Shown: positions 34,704 through 41,715 of the stretch, piece by piece
How the letters are laid out: each line of letters begins with the position of its first letter
Position numbering within the stretch: position 1 is the first letter of the stretch
Source: Verrucomicrobiota bacterium
GTDB lineage: Bacteria > Verrucomicrobiota > Verrucomicrobiia > Chthoniobacterales > JAFAMB01
DNA length: 41,715 nt
Assembly (NCBI GenBank): GCA_019233825.1
Contig: JAFAMB010000069.1
Span: 1-41,715, forward strand
Reading direction: 5' to 3'
Notes under the pieces: model-generated
What the model was told of the DNA's origin: nothing
Seen by the model: the letters and a program-made list of their open reading frames with translations, nothing else
Database searches by the model: none
Program-made: the position numbers and the translations under genes

Positions 34704-34850
34704 GACGCGCTCCCGCGCGGCCGGGTAGGGCGAGGCTCCGGGTAGGGCGAGGCTCCGTCCGAGCCGGGGCGCGCGTTCCTCCCTCGGCTCGGACGGAGCC
34801 TCGCCCTACCCGGAGTTTCGCCCTATCGGCCTTTTGCGCGGGAGCGCATC
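34704..34850. repeat. 147-bp composite palindrome of the mosaic GC-rich family
   Basis: The core stem is a perfect 27 bp: 34740-34766 (gggtagggcgaggctccgtccgagccg) pairs with 34785-34811 around an 18-nt loop. The outer arms 34704-34739 and 34812-34850 are imperfectly complementary. Each arm carries two tandem GGAGCYTCGCCCTACC-type units and a GCGCTCCCGCGC module. Confidence 0.92.
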
Positions 34851-34917
34851 CTTACCGAGCCGACGGCCCATTTTGAACGCAACGTCATCGCCATTATTCG
34901 CGAGACGATGCACTCAG

Positions 34918-36348
34918 CTACTTACCAACTTTCACGATCGAATAGGTCTTAACCCCTTTGCGATCCAGCAAAAGCAACAGGTTCGGCTTACCTTTCTGTT
35001 CGGCTAAGGCCTTCTGAAACGACTCCGTGTTGGTCACCTGGTTTCGCCCGACCTCAGTGATCACATCTCCCGTTTGAATATCGGCCACCGCGGCGGGGCT
35101 GTTCGGCACAACTTCGGTTACAACAACTCCCGAGTCCGACTTCAGCCCCAACTGCTGCTTTAGCGCCGGCGTTACATCCTGGACTTGCACGCCAAAGTTG
35201 GAGGCAAAATCTTCACCGGGCGACGTTGGGGGCTGAGCGTTCGCCAGCTTGCTCGCATCAGCCGGCAATTCTTCCGTCCTTACGGTGACGGCAATCTTTC
35301 TTCCGTTCCGCCAAACCCCTAAACTAACTTGCTCGCCGACCTTCTTCTTTAGAATCTCGTTTTGAAGTTCCCGTGCACTCGTTACTTGGACACCATCCAC
35401 ATCAGTGATCACGTCCGCCGGACGCAAATCACTTTTCGCGGCCGGAGTATCGGCCTGAATCGTCCGCACGACCACCCCTTTGTCGACACCTTTGAATACT
35501 TCGGTCCGGTTCTGGTCATTGAGACTCTCAATAATGATCCCCAGCCAAGGCCGGACTATCTTTCCTGAAGCGATCAGTTGCTCGCTCACCTGCTTGGCAA
35601 GATTGCTTGAAATGGCAAAGCCAAGCCCCCGGTTCAAACCGTGGATCAACGTATTCATGCCAATCACCTTGCCGTCGATATCACAGAGCGGACCGCCACT
35701 GTTCCCGGGATTGATGGCGGCGTCGGTCTGGATGTAATCCTCATATTTGTCCGGGAGCAGTTCGTTGCGGCCTTTTGCGCTCACCACGCCAGTCGTAAAG
35801 GTGTAAGCAAATTTGTAGGGGGTCCCAATTGCACACACGATCTGACCGACCTTCACGTCGTCGCTGTTTGCGAAATCGATCGAGGGTAGACCGGTGGCAT
35901 CGACTTTAATGACCGCCACGTCGGTTCGGTCATCAGACCCGATCACCTTGGCCGTGAAGGTCCGCCCGTCCTTGAGTTTGACGTTTATTTTATCTTCGCC
36001 GTCGATCACATGGTTATTCGTGATGATGTAGCCGTCCTGGCGCACGATGAACCCGGACCCTTCACTCTGATCCGGTTGTTCACTCTCGTCTTTGGGACCT
36101 CGGAAAAAGAAATCGAATCCATCCATGGGGCTGGACGAATTCCCGGACCGGCCGTTTTTTTCGACATCCACGACCACAACGGCCGGAGCGACCTTTTCGT
36201 AAACGGCTGTATAAGCGTCGTTAAGTTGATGCGCGATATCCTTCGCGGGACTCGAAGCCGTCGCCTGGGCAAAAAGCGTTTGGGAAAAGGCTTGGGTTAG
36301 TAGCAGTCCCCCGGCCACGAGGGTCGAAACACGATGAATGGCGCTCAT
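34918..36348 (-). CDS. htrA: Periplasmic serine endoprotease DegP/HtrA family
   Basis: This lies in track ORF 34918..36444. The ATG at 36348 gives a signal peptide (MSAIHRVSTLVAGGLLLTQAFSQTLFAQA). The catalytic triad contexts are TNNHVI, DVAVIKV and GNSGGPL. Two PDZ domains follow. Confidence 0.9.
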   Translation of the reverse strand: MSAIHRVSTLVAGGLLLTQAFSQTLFAQATASSPAKDIAHQLNDAYTAVYEKVAPAVVVVDVEKNGRSGNSSSPMDGFDFFFRGPKDESEQPDQSEGSGFIVRQDGYIITNNHVIDGEDKINVKLKDGRTFTAKVIGSDDRTDVAVIKVDATGLPSIDFANSDDVKVGQIVCAIGTPYKFAYTFTTGVVSAKGRNELLPDKYEDYIQTDAAINPGNSGGPLCDIDGKVIGMNTLIHGLNRGLGFAISSNLAKQVSEQLIASGKIVRPWLGIIIESLNDQNRTEVFKGVDKGVVVRTIQADTPAAKSDLRPADVITDVDGVQVTSARELQNEILKKKVGEQVSLGVWRNGRKIAVTVRTEELPADASKLANAQPPTSPGEDFASNFGVQVQDVTPALKQQLGLKSDSGVVVTEVVPNSPAAVADIQTGDVITEVGRNQVTNTESFQKALAEQKGKPNLLLLLDRKGVKTYSIVKVGK

Positions 36349-36488
36349 ATGGCAAGTAAACTTTGACAGAAGCGTTCTTCCGCCTGTCCAATACGGAATG
36401 TGACAGCAGAAACGCCAGAAGCAAGCAGGTGCACAAATTGACAATTAGAAGTGCCCTCTTAGTGTGTGTACCAACTAGTCAACCAATC

Positions 36489-37685
36489 ATGCAAAGCTTA
36501 GCTGAAACCGCCGATAAGCGGTTCCTTTCGTTCGCACCGGGCTTTTGGCCCAATGTTAGTCCCGAACTCTGGAACGACTGGAAATGGCAACTTAGAAACC
36601 GAATCACCAACCTGCAGCAGCTCGAACAGCAGATCGCACTAACCCGTGAGGAACGCGCCGGCGTTATTTTGTCCGGAAATAAGCTTGCGCTGGCCATTAC
36701 GCCACATTTTTTCAATCTCATCGACCCGGAAAACCCAAACTGCCCAATCCGTCGCCAGGTTGTCCCGCGCGTAGAAGAGTCCAACCGGTCGCCGGTGGAG
36801 GTGGCCGATCCTTGCGGCGAAGATTCTCACATGCCGGTCCCGGGGCTCGTCCACCGATATCCCGATCGCGTCCTGTTCCTGGTCACTGATCGATGTGCAG
36901 CCTATTGCCGCTACTGCACCCGTAGCCGTATCGTCAGCGGCGTAGGCGAACAAGAGTTATATACCGGCTTCGAAGAAGCTTACCGGTATCTCGAAGCTCA
37001 CACAGAGGTCCGCGACGTTTTGCTTTCCGGCGGAGATGCTTTGCTCCTGTCCGACGAGAAGCTCCGCGGCATCTTACGCCGCTTGCGCACCATCGAGCAC
37101 ATAGAGTTCCTCCGGATCGGGACTCGTGTACCGATCTTCCTGCCGCAACGCATCACGGCCGGACTGTGTCAGATGCTCCAGGAGTTTCACCCACTTTGGA
37201 TGAGCGTTCACGTCAATCATCCTCGTGAGCTCACCATTGAGGTCAAGGCGGCTCTGGAACGTCTGATAAACCATGGAATACCTCTCGGAAACCAGAGTGT
37301 TCTCCTGAAAGGTGTGAACGACGATCTGGACGTGATGAGGGTGCTGGTGCACAAACTCGTGATGTGTCGCGTACGTCCATACTACATTTATCAATGCGAC
37401 TTGATTCACGGCTCGGCCCACCTGCGTACTTCGGTGGCAAAGGGGATCGAGATCATCGAGGGCTTGCGCGGTCACACGACCGGCTACGCAGTGCCGCAGT
37501 TCGTTATCGACGCCCCGGGCGGCGGAGGTAAAGTCCCCATCAACCCCGGATACATCCTTTATCACGATCACGAAAAAATCGTAATCCGAAACTATGAGGG
37601 GAAGATCTTCGAGTATCCCGAACAGGAGATGGCTGAGTACTCGGCGCATCACACCGAAGAAGTGGACGAGTTCTTATACTCGTAA
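36489..37685 (+). CDS. kamA: Lysine 2,3-aminomutase (KamA-family radical SAM enzyme)
   Basis: The ATG at 36489 gives MQSLAETADKRF.... The radical SAM cluster motif is CAAYCRYCTRS. The ORF also carries LLSGGDALL and VIDAPGGGGKVPI. At 398 aa it is closer in length to clostridial KamA than to the shorter EpmB. Confidence 0.85.
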   Translation: MQSLAETADKRFLSFAPGFWPNVSPELWNDWKWQLRNRITNLQQLEQQIALTREERAGVILSGNKLALAITPHFFNLIDPENPNCPIRRQVVPRVEESNRSPVEVADPCGEDSHMPVPGLVHRYPDRVLFLVTDRCAAYCRYCTRSRIVSGVGEQELYTGFEEAYRYLEAHTEVRDVLLSGGDALLLSDEKLRGILRRLRTIEHIEFLRIGTRVPIFLPQRITAGLCQMLQEFHPLWMSVHVNHPRELTIEVKAALERLINHGIPLGNQSVLLKGVNDDLDVMRVLVHKLVMCRVRPYYIYQCDLIHGSAHLRTSVAKGIEIIEGLRGHTTGYAVPQFVIDAPGGGGKVPINPGYILYHDHEKIVIRNYEGKIFEYPEQEMAEYSAHHTEEVDEFLYS

Positions 37686-37707
37686 CGAGGATTCGGAGCG
37701 GAATCGC

Positions 37708-37769
37708 AGTAGGCGAACCGTCTCGGTTTGCTCGGTTCTGAAGAGTGCAAGCGGGACGCTTCGCCTACT
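37708..37769 (+). terminator. Stem-loop after kamA (10-bp perfect outer stem), followed by TTTCT
   Basis: agtaggcgaa (37708-37717) pairs with ttcgcctact (37760-37769). The 42-nt interior contains a small hairpin (aaccg/cggtt). The arms resemble the GTAGGGCGA module of the mosaic family. Confidence 0.45.
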
Positions 37770-37808
37770 TTCTGTGGACCATCGATCCCGCCTGCTGTAA
37801 CTGCTTCC

Positions 37809-38978
37809 ATGGCAGGGATCGTTGTTAGATCGCGCGCGCGGCTATTTCATGGACACGACTGGGTCTACGGGTCTGAGGTTCTTAAGACGTTTGGAGACCC
37901 TCAAGCCGGCGATGTTATCACGCTAAAAGACGGTCAAGACCGATTGTTGGGATCTGCCATATATAATCCGAAATCACAGATTGTTGCGCGGCGATTCTCC
38001 CGCCGCAAACAAGAGCTGGATCATGATTTCTTTGTTCGCAGGATCAGTCAGGCGGTTGCCTCGCGGGAAAAACTCCGAGTCCACCGCAATCCGGGCCGGG
38101 TTGTCTGGAGCGAAAGCGATGGATTGCCTGGTGTGATTATCGATCGTTACGGATCACATCTCGTGTTGCAAACTCTTACCCTTGCTATGGACCAAAGAAA
38201 GGAGCTGATTGCCGAGGCCGCTCAACAGCTCCTGTCACCCAGCTCGATCATCGAAAGGAATGACGCGCCGATCAGGAAAGCGGAAGGGCTCGATCTTGTC
38301 ACCGGCGTGCTGCTGGGAGAACAACCGGCGAGCACCGAACTCGAGTTGAACGGAATGCGTTTCCATGTCGACCTACTTAGGGGGCACAAAACCGGTCTCT
38401 ACCTGGACCAACTGGACAATTACGAGGCCGTTGCAGAGCTGGCCGCCGGGTTGCGGGTTCTCGATTGCTTTTCCAATCAGGGCGCATTTGCGATCGCCTG
38501 CGCCAAAGCCGGGGCTTCCGCAGTGACCGCGGTCGAGATTAGCGGTGACCTGGTGAAATCGATTAACGAGAACGCTCAGTTGAATGGAGTCACCATCACC
38601 ACGGAGGAAGCCAATGTTTTCGACTATCTGTCAAAGGAAATTCAGGAAAACGTGCAGTTTGATCTGATCGTCCTTGATCCTCCTTCGTTCGCCAAATCCA
38701 AGGAATCGCTGAATAGCGCATGGCGCGGCTATAAAGAGATTCATCTGCGCGCTCTTCAACTGCTTCCGCCGGATGGGTTTCTGGCGACTTTCTCCTGCTC
38801 GCATCACGTTTCCAGGGAAATGTTTCTGGAGATGATCGTTGACGCAAGCGTAGACGCGAAACGGCATGTCCGAATCTTGAAATATCTGTCGCAGCCACTC
38901 GACCATCCCATTCTTCCCCACATTCCCGAGACCGAGTACCTGAAAGGTTACCTGCTCCAGGTACTCCCCGGTCGATGA
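37809..38978 (+). CDS. rlmI: Class I SAM-dependent rRNA methyltransferase (RlmI/RlmK-like, PUA + MTase)
   Basis: The ATG at 37809 gives MAGIVVRSRARLFHGHDWVY.... The N-terminus is PUA-like. SAM motif I is VLDCFSNQGAFAIA, and motif IV is DLIVLDPPSFAKSK. Confidence 0.82.
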   Translation: MAGIVVRSRARLFHGHDWVYGSEVLKTFGDPQAGDVITLKDGQDRLLGSAIYNPKSQIVARRFSRRKQELDHDFFVRRISQAVASREKLRVHRNPGRVVWSESDGLPGVIIDRYGSHLVLQTLTLAMDQRKELIAEAAQQLLSPSSIIERNDAPIRKAEGLDLVTGVLLGEQPASTELELNGMRFHVDLLRGHKTGLYLDQLDNYEAVAELAAGLRVLDCFSNQGAFAIACAKAGASAVTAVEISGDLVKSINENAQLNGVTITTEEANVFDYLSKEIQENVQFDLIVLDPPSFAKSKESLNSAWRGYKEIHLRALQLLPPDGFLATFSCSHHVSREMFLEMIVDASVDAKRHVRILKYLSQPLDHPILPHIPETEYLKGYLLQVLPGR

Positions 38979-39043
38979 GTGGGAAGTGGCCTCTAATCGT
39001 CCTCGTCCTCGCCTCGTCCTCGATCTCTTAGCGGGAGGGCGAG

Positions 39044-39101
39044 GCTCCCGACTCCGCCCCTGTTCCCCCTTTGCTACGTCGGGCCTGCAGGGGCGCCATA
39101 G
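39044..39101. repeat. 58-bp interspersed element, copy in plus orientation
   Basis: The sequence is gctcccgactccgcccctgttccccctttgctacgtcgggcctgcaggggcgccatag. It is the reverse complement of 28001-28057, with 3 substitutions and 1 indel. It is flanked by the low-complexity tract cgtcctcgtcctcgcctcgtcctcg (38998-39022) and by module CCGTCCGAGCCGGGG (39127-39141, also at 34755-34769). Confidence 0.88.
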
Positions 39102-39228
39102 TTCCGCGTCCGCGGAACGACGGCGGCCGTCCGAGCCGGGGGAGCTTACGCCCCAGCCCCCACAATCCCAGGCCCTAAACACAGATTTTCGTTGCGGCGG
39201 CGTCCGATTTCCTGACAATGGATGCTTC

Positions 39229-39840
39229 ATGTCGGAGAGTATGAAAGAACCGTTTCTTGACCTGCCAGACGAGCAATCGGGGTCACCCGAGATGCTCGAT
39301 TCACAGGTCCAGCGGGCTCAAGAACAGCTCCTGCAGCTGAAGCGTCAGCAGGAATTGATTGAAAAACAGAAGCGCGAGCTCGAAGAGCTAAGCCGGAAGC
39401 AGGATGAGCTGGAAAAGGGCCGAGCCGACATGATCGAAAAGCTCAGCCGATCGTTAGTGGTCATCGAGCGCGAAACCTACGAAGCCGAGAAACGGGTGGA
39501 GCAACTGCGCGCCACCAATGCAACCTTTGCACAGCACCTCGACACACTCGAAAGCATCAATCCGAAAAGTTGGAGTAATGCAGATTTGCACAAGGAATTA
39601 AGCAAAGCGTTGAGCGCGGTGGACGACGCCAGAGTCGAGTATACCAAATCGCTCACAAAAATTAACGCTAAATCCGACGCCGAGGTCATCGTCCCGGGTT
39701 CGACGGTCGAAGAAACCTACTACTCCGCACCGGATGATGCGCGCTTCCTGCTATGGCTGAAACGCGGCTTTGCGTTTACTCTCCCACTTTTGATTCTTGG
39801 GTTGAGCGCACTTCTGGTTTTCTACTTCCTTCATGGCTGA
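39229..39840 (+). CDS. Tail-anchored coiled-coil protein, function unknown
   Basis: This lies in track ORF 38986..39840, whose first 81 codons translate the repeat elements. The ATG at 39229 gives a 203-aa protein. It has a long heptad-rich helical region (QVQRAQEQLLQLKRQQELIEKQKRELEELSRKQDELEKGRADMIEKL...). A single C-terminal TM helix (FAFTLPLLILGLSALLVFYFL) lies at the very end. Confidence 0.55.
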   Translation: MSESMKEPFLDLPDEQSGSPEMLDSQVQRAQEQLLQLKRQQELIEKQKRELEELSRKQDELEKGRADMIEKLSRSLVVIERETYEAEKRVEQLRATNATFAQHLDTLESINPKSWSNADLHKELSKALSAVDDARVEYTKSLTKINAKSDAEVIVPGSTVEETYYSAPDDARFLLWLKRGFAFTLPLLILGLSALLVFYFLHG

Positions 39841-39852
39841 TACTGTTGAGTG

Positions 39853-40230
39853 ATGGGACGCAGACGATTCAACGACTCTCCGATCTCAGCGAAGAAAGAA
39901 GAGCTCGCAAAAAAAGAAGAAGAGCTGCGTCGCGAAATGGAAGCGTTGCAGAGAAAGATCGAAGAGGCCCCGAAGTTGGCTCAGGCCGAACAGGAACGCC
40001 AACGACAGGAGCGGATCGCACGCGCTTCTACCAGAAGGAGCCCGTTCGATTCCCCGGATATCCTGCAAGACTCCCGCCACGGAGAGGACCTGTTTTCTGA
40101 ACGTCCGCGGCGTCCGAGGCGAGCTCAACGGCGTCAGGCGCGTATGCGCCTAATCGTCTCGTGCCTGGCGGTCTTGGCTCTCGCAGCGATCGTCATCGTC
40201 CTCGCGATTCAGATGTTCAACCATCTGTGA
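39853..40230 (+). CDS. Tail-anchored charged coiled-coil protein, function unknown
   Basis: This 125-aa ORF starts at ATG 39853, with a GTG at 39850. It has a K/E/R-rich helix (KKEELAKKEEELRREMEALQRKIEEAPKLAQAEQERQRQERIA) and an Arg-rich linker. A C-terminal TM helix (LIVSCLAVLALAAIVIVLAI) follows. Its 3' end overlaps the convergent acyl-CoA synthetase gene by 14 nt. Confidence 0.5.
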   Translation: MGRRRFNDSPISAKKEELAKKEEELRREMEALQRKIEEAPKLAQAEQERQRQERIARASTRRSPFDSPDILQDSRHGEDLFSERPRRPRRAQRRQARMRLIVSCLAVLALAAIVIVLAIQMFNHL

Positions 40231-41715
40231 GAGGCGTTTGGTTCGCAGGGGTCGACTTTGGCATCGCAGGCTGCCTGCCGCCCGCCCGTTCCAGCTCTGG
40301 AAACTCCTCCTCCCAGAACTCGAAGGCCGGTCTTGCGCCGCTCTGGACGTTCGCCGCCTCCCGCTGACGCAGTTCCACGCGACGAATCTTACCGGAGATG
40401 GTTTTCGGCAGATCCGAAAATTCAATCCGTCGAATCCGGTTGAAAGGTGCCAACACTTTCCGGATGTGCTGAAAAATCGAAAGGGCGACGTCGCGGGACG
40501 GTTCCACACCGGACCGAAGTATCACGAACGCCTTAGGCACAGCCAGGCGAATTGGATCGGGCGATGGAACCACCGCACATTCCACGACGTCCGGGTGCTC
40601 GATCAGTGCGCTTTCGAGTTCAAAGGGACTGATCCGATAGTCCGAAACCTTGAAGACATCATCAGACCGGCCGATAAATGTGAAATAACCATCGGCATCG
40701 TGCGACATGACGTCGCCGGTCCGGTAAAACTTTCCATCGATCGCAGACAAGGTTCCATCGTCTTTCGCGTACCCTGGCATTAGTCCCAGAGGCCGTGGAT
40801 CGAGCACTATGCAGAGTTCGCCTTCGCTCGTCTCCCGATTATCGTCATCCAGTAGGACCAGCTTGAACCCTGGCATCGGTCGGCCCAGCGATGCCGACTT
40901 TACAGGTTGCGCCGGAGAATTTCCGGCCACCGCGGAGCTTTCGGTTTGGCCGTAACCGTCACGGATCGTCAGCCCCCAAACTGCGTGCACGTGGTTGATG
41001 ACTTCGGGATTGAGCGGCTCGCCCGCACTCACCACTTCCCGCAGCTTGGTCTTGTAGTCTGCAAGCTGTTGCGTGACCAGGATACGCCACAACGTGGGTG
41101 GAGCGCAAAACGTAGTCACCTCCGCGCGAGTGATTGCTTCAAGCAGCCCTTTCGCATTCAAGCGGGATTGATTCGGCACGAAAACCGTCGCTTCAGCGTT
41201 CCAGGGCGCAAAGAAGCAGCTCCAGGCATGTTTCGCCCAGCCTGGCGACGAGACAGTGCAGTGAATATCGCCCGGCCGCAGGCCGATCCAATACATGGTC
41301 GACAGATGTCCAACGGGATATGTGACCTGGGAATGTACCACGAGTTTGGGTTTCGAAGTCGTACCCGACGTGAAGTAAAGCTGCATCGGATCGCCTGCCC
41401 GTGTCTCTCCGTCCGGCTCGTATTTTTCAAAAGCGCTGTAGCCGCTTTCGTACGCATGCCACCCGGGCGCTCCCCCTGCTACAGCAATGCGAGTGCAATG
41501 TTTCCCCAAATCGCCGAACTTCGGTATGCAATCTGCCGTGCACACGATGTGCCGCACACGCCCTCTTTCGATGCGGTCGGCCAGATCGTAGCCACTGAGC
41601 AGATGTGTTGCCGGCATAATGACGCCACCCAGTTTGATCAGCGCCAGAACCGTCTCCCAAAGGGCCGGCACGTTGCCAAGCATAACCATGAAACTATCAC
41701 CTCGCCGCACCCCCA
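40217..41715 (-). CDS. AMP-forming acyl-CoA synthetase (medium-chain/ACSM-like). The 5' end lies beyond the window.
   Basis: The motifs are the AMP-binding YFTSGTTSKPK, then YGQTE, then YRTGDVMSHDADGYFTFIGRSDDVFKVSDYRISPFELE and a C-terminal GKIRR. The ORF is open to the right window edge. Confidence 0.88.
   Translation of the reverse strand, partial: GVRRGDSFMVMLGNVPALWETVLALIKLGGVIMPATHLLSGYDLADRIERGRVRHIVCTADCIPKFGDLGKHCTRIAVAGGAPGWHAYESGYSAFEKYEPDGETRAGDPMQLYFTSGTTSKPKLVVHSQVTYPVGHLSTMYWIGLRPGDIHCTVSSPGWAKHAWSCFFAPWNAEATVFVPNQSRLNAKGLLEAITRAEVTTFCAPPTLWRILVTQQLADYKTKLREVVSAGEPLNPEVINHVHAVWGLTIRDGYGQTESSAVAGNSPAQPVKSASLGRPMPGFKLVLLDDDNRETSEGELCIVLDPRPLGLMPGYAKDDGTLSAIDGKFYRTGDVMSHDADGYFTFIGRSDDVFKVSDYRISPFELESALIEHPDVVECAVVPSPDPIRLAVPKAFVILRSGVEPSRDVALSIFQHIRKVLAPFNRIRRIEFSDLPKTISGKIRRVELRQREAANVQSGARPAFEFWEEEFPELERAGGRQPAMPKSTPANQTPLTDG

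Noticed and set aside
38986-39228. N-terminal extensions in the ORF track. Affected track starts are 38986, 926, 5281, 25912, 28148, 36363, 36444, 37728 and 18344.
   Set aside because: In each case the extension either translates intergenic repeat DNA, overlaps the upstream gene, or precedes a canonical family N-terminus that begins at an internal ATG or GTG. I used the shorter models.

Overview
This is a gene-dense, almost entirely housekeeping chromosomal segment. I call 37 protein-coding genes, two of them cut by the window edges. I found no rRNA, tRNA, CRISPR array, transposase, integrase, phage gene or recognisable defence or toxin gene.

Gene order:
- a partial secreted-protein gene, then a long GreA-family factor, eno and ftsB
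- a small envelope-glycan locus (methyltransferase plus two GT4 glycosyltransferases), then obg
- a GT4 glycogen-synthase-like gene and a K+-independent-type H+-pyrophosphatase
- argF-argD and argB-argJ-argC, all on the minus strand, separated by a plus-strand alpha-galactoside ABC-uptake/GH4 module
- thrS-infC, rplI-dnaB and nrdR-orf-hinT
- an inverted rpmI-rplT-pheS-pheT block
- a wHTH regulator, htrA, kamA and an rlmI-like methyltransferase
- two tail-anchored coiled-coil proteins and a partial acyl-CoA synthetase

The 613-aa GreA with a long N-terminal extension and a ThrRS without a TGS domain make a PVC-superphylum or Verrucomicrobiota-like origin plausible. That is inference only.

I do not see a classical novel multi-gene system. 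The unusual signal is non-coding. Almost every spacer longer than about 100 bp is filled with structured repeat DNA of several kinds:
1. A roughly 48-bp perfect or near-perfect palindrome, present three times.
2. Pairs of inverted tandem arrays of 7-8 bp units flanking 75-170 nt cores, at three loci with different unit sequences.
3. A mosaic GC-rich module family, present at eight or more loci. It includes a 147-bp palindrome and a 58-bp element present twice in opposite orientation.

All product calls rest on motif recognition by eye and on the supplied ORF track. No database search was run.
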